A stretch of DNA of 64,000 nt from a virus (Duplodnaviria > Caudoviricetes). Position numbers and translations under genes: made by a program. Of the stretch, positions 8,625-18,485 are shown piece by piece (positions within the stretch are counted from its first letter, which is position 1; every line of letters starts with the position of its first letter). Under the pieces are notes generated by a model. The model worked only from the letters and a program-made list of their open reading frames with translations. It was not told the origin of the DNA and did no database searches. The stretch lies in the IMG/VR virus record IMGVR_UViG_3300027983_002389; one strand, given 5' to 3'.

Positions 8625-8931
8625 AATGCAAGAAGACCCTCGCAATGTTGGATGGGTGTGTCCTGACCATACTCCCAAGCCTGACTCACAGTATCTTGAT
8701 AAACCACTGGATTGGTTTATTGGGAAAAACTGCAAGCTGGGTTTTCCAACGGGTCGCACCGAAGCTCCGTTTACTGAGTTCATGTGGGTTTATGTCACAG
8801 GTCAGAAAAAAGATTTGCTTGTCGGTAAGTTGAACAACGATCCTTTATTCGTCGAAGACTACAAAGATGGCGATGGCGTAGCTTTTGAGCGAAATGAGAT
8901 TTGTGCCGTTGATGGGGAAGTTGCTCAATGA
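8625..8931 (+). CDS. DUF2314-like hypothetical protein
   Basis: EFMWV...GKLNNDP. Confidence 0.55.
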
Positions 8932-9518
8932 GTGCAATAGTTGACTTTTATCGAGACGAAGCCGCTTGGGATAAAACCAAGCCCGTCAACCCAAGTGGTT
9001 ATACCCACTTTGATATTGTTCGCAATTGGACTGATAATGAGTGGGAGGGCGTACATGACTTCATTCAGTGGATTTTTCCATTGAATGAAGCGTCTTCATT
9101 CAATGCTGATGCCCCTTTGTTGACTGACGATGACATTGCTCTTTTTCGAGCCGACGATGAATTGAAACAGGCGTTATTTCTTTCATTTCATCGGTTTCTT
9201 CGTTTTTTGGGTTTGCGTTGTCGTTACGACCAGACGACAAACAAATGGTTGACAACCTCCGTGACTGCTAACGAGAATGGCATAGGAGATGAATTTTTCA
9301 CCAAAAAAGAAGTCGAAGAAAAACAAAAAGTGTGGGCATATCCAAACCATAATTGGTTAAGGATTACACGTTGCCTCCACAGTTTGCGACTCTTGGGTTT
9401 AGAGTACGCTGCTGAATCTTTTTTTGACGAACTGTGTAATTTGTACAACTCGAATCGAGGCATCACGCCCAATACTTTTCAGTATTGGCAAGAGGCCGCA
9501 CAAGGAGGGCTAGAATGA
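8928..9518 (+). CDS. OGFr-like (opioid growth factor receptor N-terminal domain) protein
   Basis: E..HDFIQWIFP, NHNWLRITR.L.SL..LG, YW. Confidence 0.8.
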   Translation: MSAIVDFYRDEAAWDKTKPVNPSGYTHFDIVRNWTDNEWEGVHDFIQWIFPLNEASSFNADAPLLTDDDIALFRADDELKQALFLSFHRFLRFLGLRCRYDQTTNKWLTTSVTANENGIGDEFFTKKEVEEKQKVWAYPNHNWLRITRCLHSLRLLGLEYAAESFFDELCNLYNSNRGITPNTFQYWQEAAQGGLE

Positions 9519-10000
9519 ACATACTGCGTGATGTTGTGACTGAATGCGATGAAATTCCTATTCAGGAAATAGGGAATGAATTGAAGCCGGGTATGACCAA
9601 AGTGTTTTTCCCCGCTGAAACAAAGCGTTACGTTCATGTCAGTCGTAGTGCCATTATTCACAATACGAAGAATGGTCGTAATCATCCGACCATCCTAGTT
9701 GTGGACCAGAATGGCAACAAACTGGCATTTCATGCTGTTGTCCTGCGAGGACCAGCCGCTCTCAAGTTCTCATTGAATGAACCTGGGATTGATGCAAATG
9801 CTTTCCTTGTCACCAAGGCGGGCATTGAAGCCTACACTGATCCATCTGGTGATGCGCCGGTGAAAGAAGTTCCTTTGTTTGGCGAACTGCCTACTGATAA
9901 AGAACCTTTCTCTTTAGGTAGAAATCTTGTGCGAGCCGCTCGATCATCCAAGTTGGGTGTTTGGCGATTCTTTGCACGGTTTTCTTTGCCATCTTGTTAG
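9515..10000 (+). CDS. hypothetical protein
   Basis: ATGA-coupled ORF with GGAGG SD. Confidence 0.55.
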   Translation: MNILRDVVTECDEIPIQEIGNELKPGMTKVFFPAETKRYVHVSRSAIIHNTKNGRNHPTILVVDQNGNKLAFHAVVLRGPAALKFSLNEPGIDANAFLVTKAGIEAYTDPSGDAPVKEVPLFGELPTDKEPFSLGRNLVRAARSSKLGVWRFFARFSLPSC

Positions 10001-10010
10001 TGGGAGTAAC

Positions 10011-10562
10011 ATGCGAAAGTTAAACGATAGTCTGAAGTTCAATGAGGGTGAAGAACCCGAAAATGATAGACCGAATATTCATTTTGCTACTGACGGCAAA
10101 GGTTGTTGGTGGAAGACTGAATACAAACGACAATGCCCTGAAGGGGTATTCTTGCGTGGTCGCTGTCAGGGAGTCGAAGGACACAAGGGGGTTCACTGGA
10201 GCTTCAATGCTCAAGGACATTTTTGTTACGACGACAATGATGCCGATCCCAGCGAAGGCGGTTGTTCTGGCAGCATCCCGCCAGATCACAAAAGTTATCA
10301 CACGCCATTGGAAATGGCAGACCACTATTACATGAGTCACAATACTCATGGAGAGATCACCGACCCGGCAGAGATTGCTCGGCTAGAAGCCGATGATGTT
10401 CGGCATGGCGACTCCATTAGTCGTCCTTGTGATTTGTCGAAAATGTCTCCTGAGTACGCAGCAGAGTTGAAGAGGCGTTCGGACGAATACAAAGAAAACA
10501 AACCGAAGCGACAAAAGCCTTGGTGGGCTTTTTGGCGTGCAGAAAAACCAAAGATCGACTAA
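10011..10562 (+). CDS. hypothetical protein
   Basis: GGGAG SD; ends in KPWWAFW. Confidence 0.6.
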   Translation: MRKLNDSLKFNEGEEPENDRPNIHFATDGKGCWWKTEYKRQCPEGVFLRGRCQGVEGHKGVHWSFNAQGHFCYDDNDADPSEGGCSGSIPPDHKSYHTPLEMADHYYMSHNTHGEITDPAEIARLEADDVRHGDSISRPCDLSKMSPEYAAELKRRSDEYKENKPKRQKPWWAFWRAEKPKID

Positions 10563-10586
10563 CTTCCTTTTCAGAGAAAGATCACA

Positions 10587-11044
10587 ATGTTTGATTTCCT
10601 CAAGAATACATTCTTGAACCGTGGTCGATACAAGACGCATTCTGAGGCAGTCATTGTGTCATGTTTCTACAATCCTCAGAATAGTCCTTATCGACTTCTG
10701 GCTTTCCAGAAGTGGTATCACAGCATCAAACATCTGAACTATCGGATTATTGAATGTCTGATTGGACCTGATGCTAAGTCGCAACTCCCGGATGAGTGGA
10801 CAAAGATCGGCAAGGTCAGGGATATTGGACGGACTTTCTTGATAAGGCCCACGAGATGAATCCGTGGGAGGCAACTTACGTCGAGAATACGTTGAATCCC
10901 ATCCTTGCCACATCCCTCATCCGACATGGATGGATGCCGGTTCCGGGTGCATATCCAGAATCCTTCTTCATGCCGAAAGATTCGGCGAAGTATTTCGATC
11001 AGCAGTTTTTACAACAGAAGTTTTCCAAAAGAAATGTCTATTGA
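10587..11044 (+). pseudogene. probable deletion scar joining the 5' part of one gene out of frame to the 3' part of another
   Basis: Protein-like sequence switches frame near 10790 (..KSQLPD | ..DRQGQGYW..). Confidence 0.4.
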
Positions 11045-11308
11045 AACACCAACTTGCATGGGTTGTTTTGTGAATAATCCATTTTCGCCATTTTCGCTTC
11101 CTTATGGTTCGGTTGAAAAGCCCGGTTTAACTACCGAAGAAAAGTTGTGCCTCCAACATTTGGCTGATGCTTGGCAGTTGTTTTTCAACCTTGTCAGAAA
11201 GCATCCAGATGACGACAAAGAATTTCAAACAGCAATACACGACGCACAAAAGTTGATTGCTTTGCGTGTGGCTCGCCGAGTGAACCTAGACGTTTGGATA
11301 CAGCCTGA

Positions 11309-11800
11309 ATGAGAGTAATATCTGGCGGTCAAAACGGTGCAGACCAAGCTGGATTGCGTGCTGCCAAGGAATGTGGACTTCAAACTGGAGGATGGTTGCC
11401 TAAAGGCTGCAAAACACTTGATGGTCCACAACCAGACCTATTGACAGAATATGGGATGAAAGAGCATACTAGCTCTCTCTACCCGCCCAGGACTGAGGCC
11501 AACGTCAAGGATAGTTGTGGAACCATACGATTCGCCAGGACGTTTTCATCTGCCGGAGAGAAGTGTACTCTTCGAGCGATAAAGTGGTTTAATCGTCCAT
11601 ATTTGAACGTGGATATAAATAAGCCAATAGATAAACAGGAAGTATTGTCTTGGCTTAAAGAACATGATATTAAGACACTTAACATTGCTGGGAATTCTGA
11701 GGAGACAGCCCCTGGTATTGGTGAGTTCGTCTACAAGTATCTCGTGGCTGTTTTTTCCGTCGTAAAAAATGGGCTTGACACCACGAGCGACAAGGAGTAA
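11309..11800 (+). CDS. SLOG-superfamily 'putative molybdenum carrier' protein
   Basis: ISGGQNGADQAGL, GGWLPKG, YPPRTEANV, LNIAGN. Confidence 0.85.
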   Translation: MRVISGGQNGADQAGLRAAKECGLQTGGWLPKGCKTLDGPQPDLLTEYGMKEHTSSLYPPRTEANVKDSCGTIRFARTFSSAGEKCTLRAIKWFNRPYLNVDINKPIDKQEVLSWLKEHDIKTLNIAGNSEETAPGIGEFVYKYLVAVFSVVKNGLDTTSDKE

Positions 11801-11848
11801 AAAGATGTTGGAAAAGTCTGTTTTCGACCCCACCCCAAAGGAAGACCC

Positions 11849-12107
11849 AATGAGTGTTGCTACTGCAAAGACCTCGACCCAAACTCAACAGCAAAAGACC
11901 TGTCCGGTTCAAGGCTCAGTTGAGCAACTGAGTGCCACATCTGAAACGTGCGAAAGCACCGAATGTTGTGAGAATACACTTTGCCAGGAATCCGTCCGAG
12001 AACGGGCGTATTTGCTTTGGGAAAAGTCTGGCTACCCAATCGGCGATGGCGTGGATTTCTGGATCACCGCCGAGCAAGAACTGTTGGCCGAAGCCACCGC
12101 CGAGTAA
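11849..12107 (+). CDS. DUF2934-domain protein
   Basis: VRERAYLLWEKSGYPIGDGVDFWITAEQEL. Confidence 0.75.
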
Positions 12108-12487
12108 TGGCCTGCCTTGATCGTTAAGGCAGGGTTTAGCAATGGCTAAACCCTGCCTTTTTTCGTTTTACAAATTAACAGGCTGCGTGGTATAATCGTT
12201 CTGGTATTCCTCTGGTTGGTTTCTCGAAACATCAAGTCGGAAACCTCAGATGATTGGCGGAAAAAAGGCGATCCTCCTCGTATTGAGATCAACATGGAAC
12301 CTTGGCAATGGTTGTTTTTCTTTAATTTCCCCTGTCTTTTCTTGAATTTGATCGGCATCTATATATCGATATTTCAATAAACGACAAGAAAATAGCGAAT
12401 AGATGCTACTGGTTCAACACGGCGTCTCTGGCCTTAACGATTGGGAACATACTGTCGAATTCTTTTTCTTTGGTTGCTACATAGGGG

Positions 12488-12835
12488 ATGGGCAAGAATG
12501 ATAAATTAGTTGAAGGGCTGCACTACTACATTGACGAAAGAGGCAAGTGGGTATTTACCTCGTATTTTCTTCTGAATCGTGGGTACTGCTGTCGAAACGG
12601 CTGTCTTCATTGTCCATATGGTGTTAATATGAAAATCGAACCGGGCCAATACATCTGGAGGTCAAAAGAGACAGATTTTCCAGTAACAGTTATTGAGTCC
12701 ATCGGCAAAGGCCCGGACGGGCGTTCCTATGTGAAGATCGCTGATAGCACCACTGCTGTACCTGCTGATGAACTCATAAAGGTTCCTAATGTGGCGCAAG
12801 CATCACGACGACCCCAATCGAAGAGACTCTTTTGA
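12488..12835 (+). CDS. DUF5522-like Cys-rich protein
   Basis: YYIDERG..VFT..F...RGYCC.NGC.HCPYG. Confidence 0.65.
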   Translation: MGKNDKLVEGLHYYIDERGKWVFTSYFLLNRGYCCRNGCLHCPYGVNMKIEPGQYIWRSKETDFPVTVIESIGKGPDGRSYVKIADSTTAVPADELIKVPNVAQASRRPQSKRLF

Positions 12836-12935
12836 CGATCTTGTGATTGGCAGTCTGCTTATCATTGTTCTTATATTGCTTGGGCTTATGTGATGTTAAC
12901 GATGATGGCAATCACTCGTATTCATCCCGTGTAGG

Positions 12936-12942
12936 CTATATA
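12936..12942 (+). promoter_or_regulatory. T4-late-like TAnATA box 4-5 nt before ATG (representative copy)
   Basis: Also at 12477, 23252, 35734 (+) and 30741-30747, 50848-50854 (-). Confidence 0.55.
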
Positions 12943-12947
12943 ACATC

Positions 12948-13364
12948 ATGAAAAGGATATGCACATTCAGTCAATTCATGATCTTGAAAGAAGATGATCG
13001 CCGCACTGGTAGCAAAACGGGACTGTACCCGATGGGCTATGGTGGCATTGGTCTATACCCTGACGCAGATGTGATTACTCATTCTGCTGATGCGGTTTTT
13101 TATCTTTCAGTGGACAAACGATTGTTCAAAAATGGAGATGCAGCACCTTTCTGCATCACTCATTTGCCAGGACATAAACAATATGGCGACGGGGTAAATT
13201 CTGGCGAAACTGGTTTATTTGATATTAGTCATCTCCCTAGTGATGATGTGGTTCCGAAGGACAACCCCTTGCCGGGCAAATCCATGCCTTTCAAAAGTTT
13301 TGTAAAGTTGGTAGAAAAGCCAAAAGAAATTTCTCCACCGGATTCCCCGAACCTTCCCAAGTAG
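12948..13364 (+). CDS. hypothetical protein, possibly virion-associated
   Basis: N-terminal TFSQFMILKE; late-type box upstream. Confidence 0.6.
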   Translation: MKRICTFSQFMILKEDDRRTGSKTGLYPMGYGGIGLYPDADVITHSADAVFYLSVDKRLFKNGDAAPFCITHLPGHKQYGDGVNSGETGLFDISHLPSDDVVPKDNPLPGKSMPFKSFVKLVEKPKEISPPDSPNLPK

Positions 13365-13378
13365 TCAAGGGTCTAGTC

Positions 13379-13750
13379 ATGCAACGGAAACCAATTGCCA
13401 CTTATTGCAAACAACAAGTGGCGGGCTGGGTGCGTCTTCCAGATTTCATGACTGCTGCTTTCCCAGGACAAGAACAATACTCTTGCAGTTTTCTTCGTCA
13501 AGAAGATGGCGTACAACTTGTTGCCTCAGTAAAGGACTTGAATACACTCAACACAATCCATGTATCTTTAGCCCCAATTCGAGATTGTCGCAAAGATTGG
13601 ACCGACGAAGAACACAGCGGCCACATATTCGATGTTGCTGCTGAAGTAGTCGAATCTTTCTTTCCTGATCGTCGGTTCGCTCGTCAGCCAGATGATCCCC
13701 GCAGACCACAAGTGAAGCATTACTTTGCTGTTTTGGAGGCCCATGAATGA
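13379..13750 (+). CDS. hypothetical protein
   Basis: ORF coupled to metG. Confidence 0.6.
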   Translation: MQRKPIATYCKQQVAGWVRLPDFMTAAFPGQEQYSCSFLRQEDGVQLVASVKDLNTLNTIHVSLAPIRDCRKDWTDEEHSGHIFDVAAEVVESFFPDRRFARQPDDPRRPQVKHYFAVLEAHE

Positions 13751-15381
13751 TCTACGAAAACACAAACAATACCACCTTCGTCACTACGGCGATTGATTAT
13801 CCCAATGCCTTGCCGCATATCGGCACTGCTTTCGAGAAGATCGGAGCCGATGTCTACGCACGCTTCCGACGATTCCAAGGTCGTGACGTTATTTTCTCGA
13901 TGGGCAATGACGAGAATACCGTCAAGGTTCTCAAAGCAGCTAAAGAGGCAGGGCAAGAGCCAAAGCCTTATGTTGATGACATGGCAAAGGCATTCAAAGA
14001 GGTTTGGGGACAACTCAACATCTCTTATGATGACTTCATTCAAACTAGCGAGGATCGCCATTGGTTGGGCGTACAGCGATTCTTACGAGCAGTCAACGCT
14101 GCTGGATATATCCAGAAGCGTCCATACAAGGCTTTGTATTGCGAGGGCTGTGAAGAGTTCAAGAGTCCAAACAGTCTGGACTACGCAAAGCGTTGCCCTA
14201 ATCACACCGATTCGCCGCTTGTTGAACGAGAGGAAGAGAATTACTTCTTCCTTTTGTCGGCGTTCAAGCAACGTGTTGCCGATTTGATTTATCCGACTCC
14301 GTTTTCGACAATGTTTTTGAGTGTCGAGCCTGAATCTCGATATAACGAAGTCACAAACTTCATCAATACGGACCTGACTGATATTTCAATCAGTCGTCGC
14401 AATGAAGGTTGGGGCATTCCTATTCCTTGGGATGACACTCAAGCCACATACGTTTGGTTCGATGCTCTATTGAACTATTTGACGGTGATTGGATTCGGCG
14501 ATGATTGGGAGAAATTCCATAAGTATTGGCCTGCTGAAGTTCATTTCATCGGCAAGGATATTACTCGATTCCACTGTGCTTTGTTTCCAGCAATGTGTAT
14601 GGCGTACAACGAAGGCTGCGACAAGTTGGGTGAGCCTCAGTATAAGCTGGAAGGTTATCCGCAGCGTGTTTTTGCGCATGGCTTCGTCAATCAGAAGAAA
14701 GGCAATCAGGTTATCAAGGTTTCCAAGAGTGGAGAATCTATTCGTCCAATGGAACTGATCGAACAGTTCGGTTCTGATGCGTATAGATATTATTTCCTGT
14801 CGAAGTTCAACTACGATACGGATGGCGATTACAGTTTGGAACATTTCAAAGACGTGTATAATTCTGATCTCGCCAACTCCTTGGGTAACCTTGTGAGTCG
14901 TACCGTGGGTATGAGCTTGCAGTATTTCGACGGAAAGATTCCAGCTATTGCCGCTGAAGGACAATTGTGGTTCAACGAGCAGGTTGCGACCGAGTACGAA
15001 CAGTTCATTGTTGAATGCTGTTCATTCCGTCATGCCATTGAAATGACATGGAAGATCATCTTTGAAGCCAACAAGCTGATCGCAGACTCAAAGCCTTGGG
15101 AGTTGATTAAGTTGCCGGGTAACACCTGTGGTCAGGTATTGGGGCAGCTTGCTGGTGGCTTGAGGATCATCAGTCTATTGATCCGACCTTTCACTCCAAC
15201 GGTAGCCGAGAAGATTTACACGACATTCCAATGGGCTGAAGGTTGGAATGAAGTTGATTGGGAGTTCGCAAAGAAGTTGGCAGCAAACAATTTCCTGGGA
15301 CTCGAAAATGGTATTGTCTTCAACAGAAATGTTTTGGATGATGCTGGTAAGTTTCCAGTGCTTTTTCCGAGAGTGAATTAA
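13747..15381 (+). CDS. metG: methionyl-tRNA synthetase
   Basis: TTAIDYPN..PHIG, CxxC knuckle, ISISR..WGIP, YVWFDAL, IGKDI..FH, KVSKS, LANSLGNLVSR. Confidence 0.95.
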   Translation: MIYENTNNTTFVTTAIDYPNALPHIGTAFEKIGADVYARFRRFQGRDVIFSMGNDENTVKVLKAAKEAGQEPKPYVDDMAKAFKEVWGQLNISYDDFIQTSEDRHWLGVQRFLRAVNAAGYIQKRPYKALYCEGCEEFKSPNSLDYAKRCPNHTDSPLVEREEENYFFLLSAFKQRVADLIYPTPFSTMFLSVEPESRYNEVTNFINTDLTDISISRRNEGWGIPIPWDDTQATYVWFDALLNYLTVIGFGDDWEKFHKYWPAEVHFIGKDITRFHCALFPAMCMAYNEGCDKLGEPQYKLEGYPQRVFAHGFVNQKKGNQVIKVSKSGESIRPMELIEQFGSDAYRYYFLSKFNYDTDGDYSLEHFKDVYNSDLANSLGNLVSRTVGMSLQYFDGKIPAIAAEGQLWFNEQVATEYEQFIVECCSFRHAIEMTWKIIFEANKLIADSKPWELIKLPGNTCGQVLGQLAGGLRIISLLIRPFTPTVAEKIYTTFQWAEGWNEVDWEFAKKLAANNFLGLENGIVFNRNVLDDAGKFPVLFPRVN

Positions 15382-15385
15382 AGCG

Positions 15386-15562
15386 ATGAGATGGATGTTT
15401 TTTCTTGGAGCGGCCATTGGGTTTTGGGCGGGCTATGTGTTCGCTCGAACGTCGTGGCATCAACGATGGTATGCTCAATGGTATGAGGGCTTTTTGTATG
15501 GAGCCATCATAGCGATTGTGGTAGCAGCAGGATATTTTTTTATTGTAAAGAAATCAAATTAA
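15386..15562 (+). CDS. small membrane protein (58 aa)
   Basis: ORF read by hand (below track cutoff); two hydrophobic segments. Confidence 0.5.
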   Translation: MRWMFFLGAAIGFWAGYVFARTSWHQRWYAQWYEGFLYGAIIAIVVAAGYFFIVKKSN

Positions 15563-15609
15563 CTTGTCGGGTTGAGAAATGTGCCTTCCATTGGCACGTA
15601 TAATGCAAC

Positions 15610-16386
15610 ATGAGAATCGCATCTGAATTCCACGATTACTATGATGTTGGCATGGCTGAAGGTCAGGATCAATCCTTGATCTATCAGCGATACCCTATCG
15701 TAGAAGAATGGGAGAATAACTATCCGTTCGTTTCAATGTATTCTGGTTACAGCCTGAATATACGATCTCTTTACGTTCGGTCTTATACCATTGGTTTCTG
15801 CGGCAAAATGTATAAGCTGTTGGAACTCAATACTTTGGAGAATGCTGCTCGTCTCGACAAAGAAGGTCGATTCACTCGTAATTGGGCATATAACTTGCGA
15901 GACGTTGACGCCTATATTCGTCACCATTATCCAAAGCAATTTTCTGATTACTTAGAGAAGAATTGGAGACGAGGCAACGGTTGGTCTGGTGGACAACGGC
16001 AAAGTGCATTCGATTCATTCTTCAATGGTCGTCCTCGCAACCAATGGGATCGTAATCCAACTCAAGATGATAGGAGTGAAGAGTGGCGGCGAAGTTGGTT
16101 TGAGAAGCATCGCAGTCCGGTGTTTGTGGCTGAATATTCTACTGGTAGAATTACTTACAATGCCCAACTGAAGCCATTCGAGTTTTATCGAGTGTTTGAC
16201 CCGTATCAGGCTTATCAGGAAGTCGCTATGTGGCTTTCTAACCAAGCCGTGCCGATCAAACCCATCCCGGAAATGTCGGATGAAATCAAGGCTGAGAGCA
16301 AAGGTTTCAATAAGTTTAGTTTTCGCAAAGACCCAAGCAGTAAAAAGCGAAAACCCAGGGGGCTGCACGGTGAGTCTGATCGGTAA
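15610..16386 (+). CDS. hypothetical phage protein
   Basis: FHDYYD N-terminus; KGFNKFSFRK near C-terminus. Confidence 0.7.
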   Translation: MRIASEFHDYYDVGMAEGQDQSLIYQRYPIVEEWENNYPFVSMYSGYSLNIRSLYVRSYTIGFCGKMYKLLELNTLENAARLDKEGRFTRNWAYNLRDVDAYIRHHYPKQFSDYLEKNWRRGNGWSGGQRQSAFDSFFNGRPRNQWDRNPTQDDRSEEWRRSWFEKHRSPVFVAEYSTGRITYNAQLKPFEFYRVFDPYQAYQEVAMWLSNQAVPIKPIPEMSDEIKAESKGFNKFSFRKDPSSKKRKPRGLHGESDR

Positions 16387-16435
16387 GGCGCAAGTCGCTC
16401 CGATTAAATTGAGGGTTCGATTCCCTCCAACTCCA
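16359..16435 (+). ncRNA. tRNA-like element with tmRNA/Ala-type acceptor and no D-stem or anticodon
   Basis: GGGGCTG/CAACTCC-A (G3:U70), T-arm GAGGG-TTCGATT-CCCTC, central helix TGATCGG/CCGATTA with GCAA-capped hairpin. Confidence 0.45.
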
Positions 16436-16437
16436 TT

Positions 16438-16707
16438 ATGAATACTGAAAAACCAGCCGAAGGCATCCGTGGATTCTTCCTTTACAGCCCGTCCTTAGAT
16501 CGAAATTTCTTCCGTGTGTATGGAGAAGTCGATCCGGCAACGGGCCGCAAGTCGTTTACCGATTATACAGTATGCGCTGAAGATATAGAAGTTACGTTAG
16601 AGGCAAGCGGTTTGTCCCTATATGAAGGCGATAAAAACCGTTTAGATTGGTCTAGTCGTGTTTTAGGGAAAGATGACAAAGACCATTTGGATGTAACGAT
16701 TTCATGA
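16438..16707 (+). CDS. hypothetical protein
   Basis: ORF; FFRVY, LDWS..VLG. Confidence 0.6.
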   Translation: MNTEKPAEGIRGFFLYSPSLDRNFFRVYGEVDPATGRKSFTDYTVCAEDIEVTLEASGLSLYEGDKNRLDWSSRVLGKDDKDHLDVTIS

Positions 16708-16922
16708 AAAAATGTTGGAGAATTTGGTGCAAGACAATGGGCAGTCGCATTAGCGACGATGATTTTGAAGCTGATGTGGCGTCAATCATCAGAACATTCT
16801 TTTGGATATTGAATGTCGTCACTTGTGGTTTCATTATCGCCAATTGCATTCGTCACTGGTAATTTGATTTTGTTTACTCTTTTATTGTGTCCCTAAGATA
16901 CAATAAAATGAGGAACAAAATC

Positions 16923-17138
16923 ATGGACAAAGAATACGCACGAGCCGTTTCCAATTTCGAGCAAGCAGGCGCACACCTGGGCAACTTCGCCACACTACTA
17001 TTCACGTACCACAAAGCGTTATGTGATTCCGGCTTCCAGAGAGACGAGGCATTGGAATTAGTACGGGAACTCCAAACTACCTTATTTGCACAGGCTTTCA
17101 ATTTTGGACCACAGAGCCAACAAGATGACGACGACTAA
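16923..17138 (+). CDS. hypothetical protein
   Basis: GAGG SD; YHKAL..SGF...EALELV. Confidence 0.6.
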   Translation: MDKEYARAVSNFEQAGAHLGNFATLLFTYHKALCDSGFQRDEALELVRELQTTLFAQAFNFGPQSQQDDDD

Positions 17139-17160
17139 TTGGAATGGATTGGAGGACAAA

Positions 17161-17418
17161 ATGAGCGATTGTGATATAGCTCAATTCAAAAGAATAAGCA
17201 TTCCATTGGTGAGGAGAATATATCCTCAGCTTATTGCCAACAACATTGTCAGTGTTCAGCCTCTCGCTGGTCCGTCAATTTTGCCACACTACATTCGTCA
17301 CCAGTATTCTCAGAACAAAGAGTCTCCCATCAACAACGATGAATGGATCATCAAGTCAAAGAAGAAAAAGATTTGGCGAGACATCGACGATGTTTGGGAG
17401 TCTTCCCAGCAAAATTGA
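17161..17418 (+). CDS. mini-protein containing a T4 gp23 major-capsid-like segment
   Basis: GGAGG SD; IPLVRRIYPQLIANNIVSVQPLAGP resembles the gp23 LVRR..P.LIA.....VQP..GP motif. Confidence 0.65.
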   Translation: MSDCDIAQFKRISIPLVRRIYPQLIANNIVSVQPLAGPSILPHYIRHQYSQNKESPINNDEWIIKSKKKKIWRDIDDVWESSQQN

Positions 17419-17423
17419 GAATA

Positions 17424-17452
17424 GGTCGAACCTTTTGGGATTTACACTCTCT
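17424..17452 (+). promoter_or_regulatory. bipartite motif GGTCGAACC-N14-CTCTCT (putative alternative-sigma promoter)
   Basis: Identical boxes and spacing at 49868, 50976, 54146, 62906 and 62954. Confidence 0.8.
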
Positions 17453-17472
17453 AGGAATTTAGGAGAAATATC

Positions 17473-17877
17473 ATGGCAGTAAAACAAGTTATCGTCTGGC
17501 GACACGATTTGGGTTGCCGACTCGGAAAGAAAATGGCCCAAGCAGGACACGCTGCTCTGGCCGACCTGTCGAATACCATTCGTGACAATGTTGATGCTGA
17601 AGGTAATGTATCCTTCAAGTTGACACCTGCTCAGTTTGAGTGGTATTTGACGAATTTTCGCAAGATCGTGCTTCGGGTGGATAGTGAGGCCGATTTGTTG
17701 CTTCTGTATCAGCGGGCGCAAGAATTAGGCTTGCCCGTAGAACTCATTATTGACAGCGGTTTGACCGAGTGGGATCAGCCTACCAAGACCTGTCTTGCCA
17801 TCGGTCCAGAGCAAGAATCCAAGATTGATGAACTGACTGGCGAAAATGGTCCTTTAGGGCGATTGAAGTTAATGTGA
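17473..17877 (+). CDS. pth2: peptidyl-tRNA hydrolase, Pth2 type
   Basis: KQVIV.R.DL...GK..AQAGHA, KIVL, IIDSGLTE, TCLAIGP. Confidence 0.92.
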   Translation: MAVKQVIVWRHDLGCRLGKKMAQAGHAALADLSNTIRDNVDAEGNVSFKLTPAQFEWYLTNFRKIVLRVDSEADLLLLYQRAQELGLPVELIIDSGLTEWDQPTKTCLAIGPEQESKIDELTGENGPLGRLKLM

Positions 17878-17916
17878 CTTTACTGAATGGTTGGTTTTGT
17901 GGTATATAATGCAACC

Positions 17917-18414
17917 ATGATTACAATATTAGTCTTTTCTCTGCTCTCCATCGGATTGGCGTATTATTGCTTGCACCTACGGTCTTCAAGGAATGCTTTA
18001 CAGCAAAAACTTTCCGTGGTAGAATTAACCGTGGTCGATCAACAAGACGCTTTGCGTGAGTTTGGAGAGCGTTTGAACAAAGTAGAAGCCGCTCAAGTAG
18101 AAGAACTGTCGCAAGATCAGATCGACTACAGAGATCAGCTTCAAGCTCAATACGCCGTTATATTCAAGCAGATCGAAGACAACATGAAAAGTAATCTGAA
18201 GTCGGCTCGTGCCGAAACTTCAGACTTGGTGAAGAAGAGTCGTGTTGAATTCGACAAGAAATTGAAAGATGAGTTCGACAAAGCCTGTGAACAAATCAAG
18301 TTCAATGAAGTCGAATACAAGAGGACCATCACCAAAAAACGGAAAGAATTCAGTCGCAAAAATGCAAAGAACGCCAAACCTCAGAGGGTGTGGCGATACA
18401 TAGATGAAGAGTAA
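17917..18414 (+). CDS. membrane-anchored coiled-coil protein
   Basis: N-terminal TM segment then heptad-rich helix. Confidence 0.65.
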   Translation: MITILVFSLLSIGLAYYCLHLRSSRNALQQKLSVVELTVVDQQDALREFGERLNKVEAAQVEELSQDQIDYRDQLQAQYAVIFKQIEDNMKSNLKSARAETSDLVKKSRVEFDKKLKDEFDKACEQIKFNEVEYKRTITKKRKEFSRKNAKNAKPQRVWRYIDEE

Positions 18415-18485
18415 CTCTTAACTTGAACGCAGAGGAAAAAATGGGTCTTTAGATACACGAAAGGAACCATCAACCGGAGGTCAGT

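Noticed and set aside
15592-15606. sigma54-like TGGCAC...GC site, and GTGCCA/TGGCAC words at about 32069, 40726 and 42454
   Set aside because: Only one has GG-N10-GC spacing, and it overlaps a TATAAT a few nt before the ATG; not enough support.
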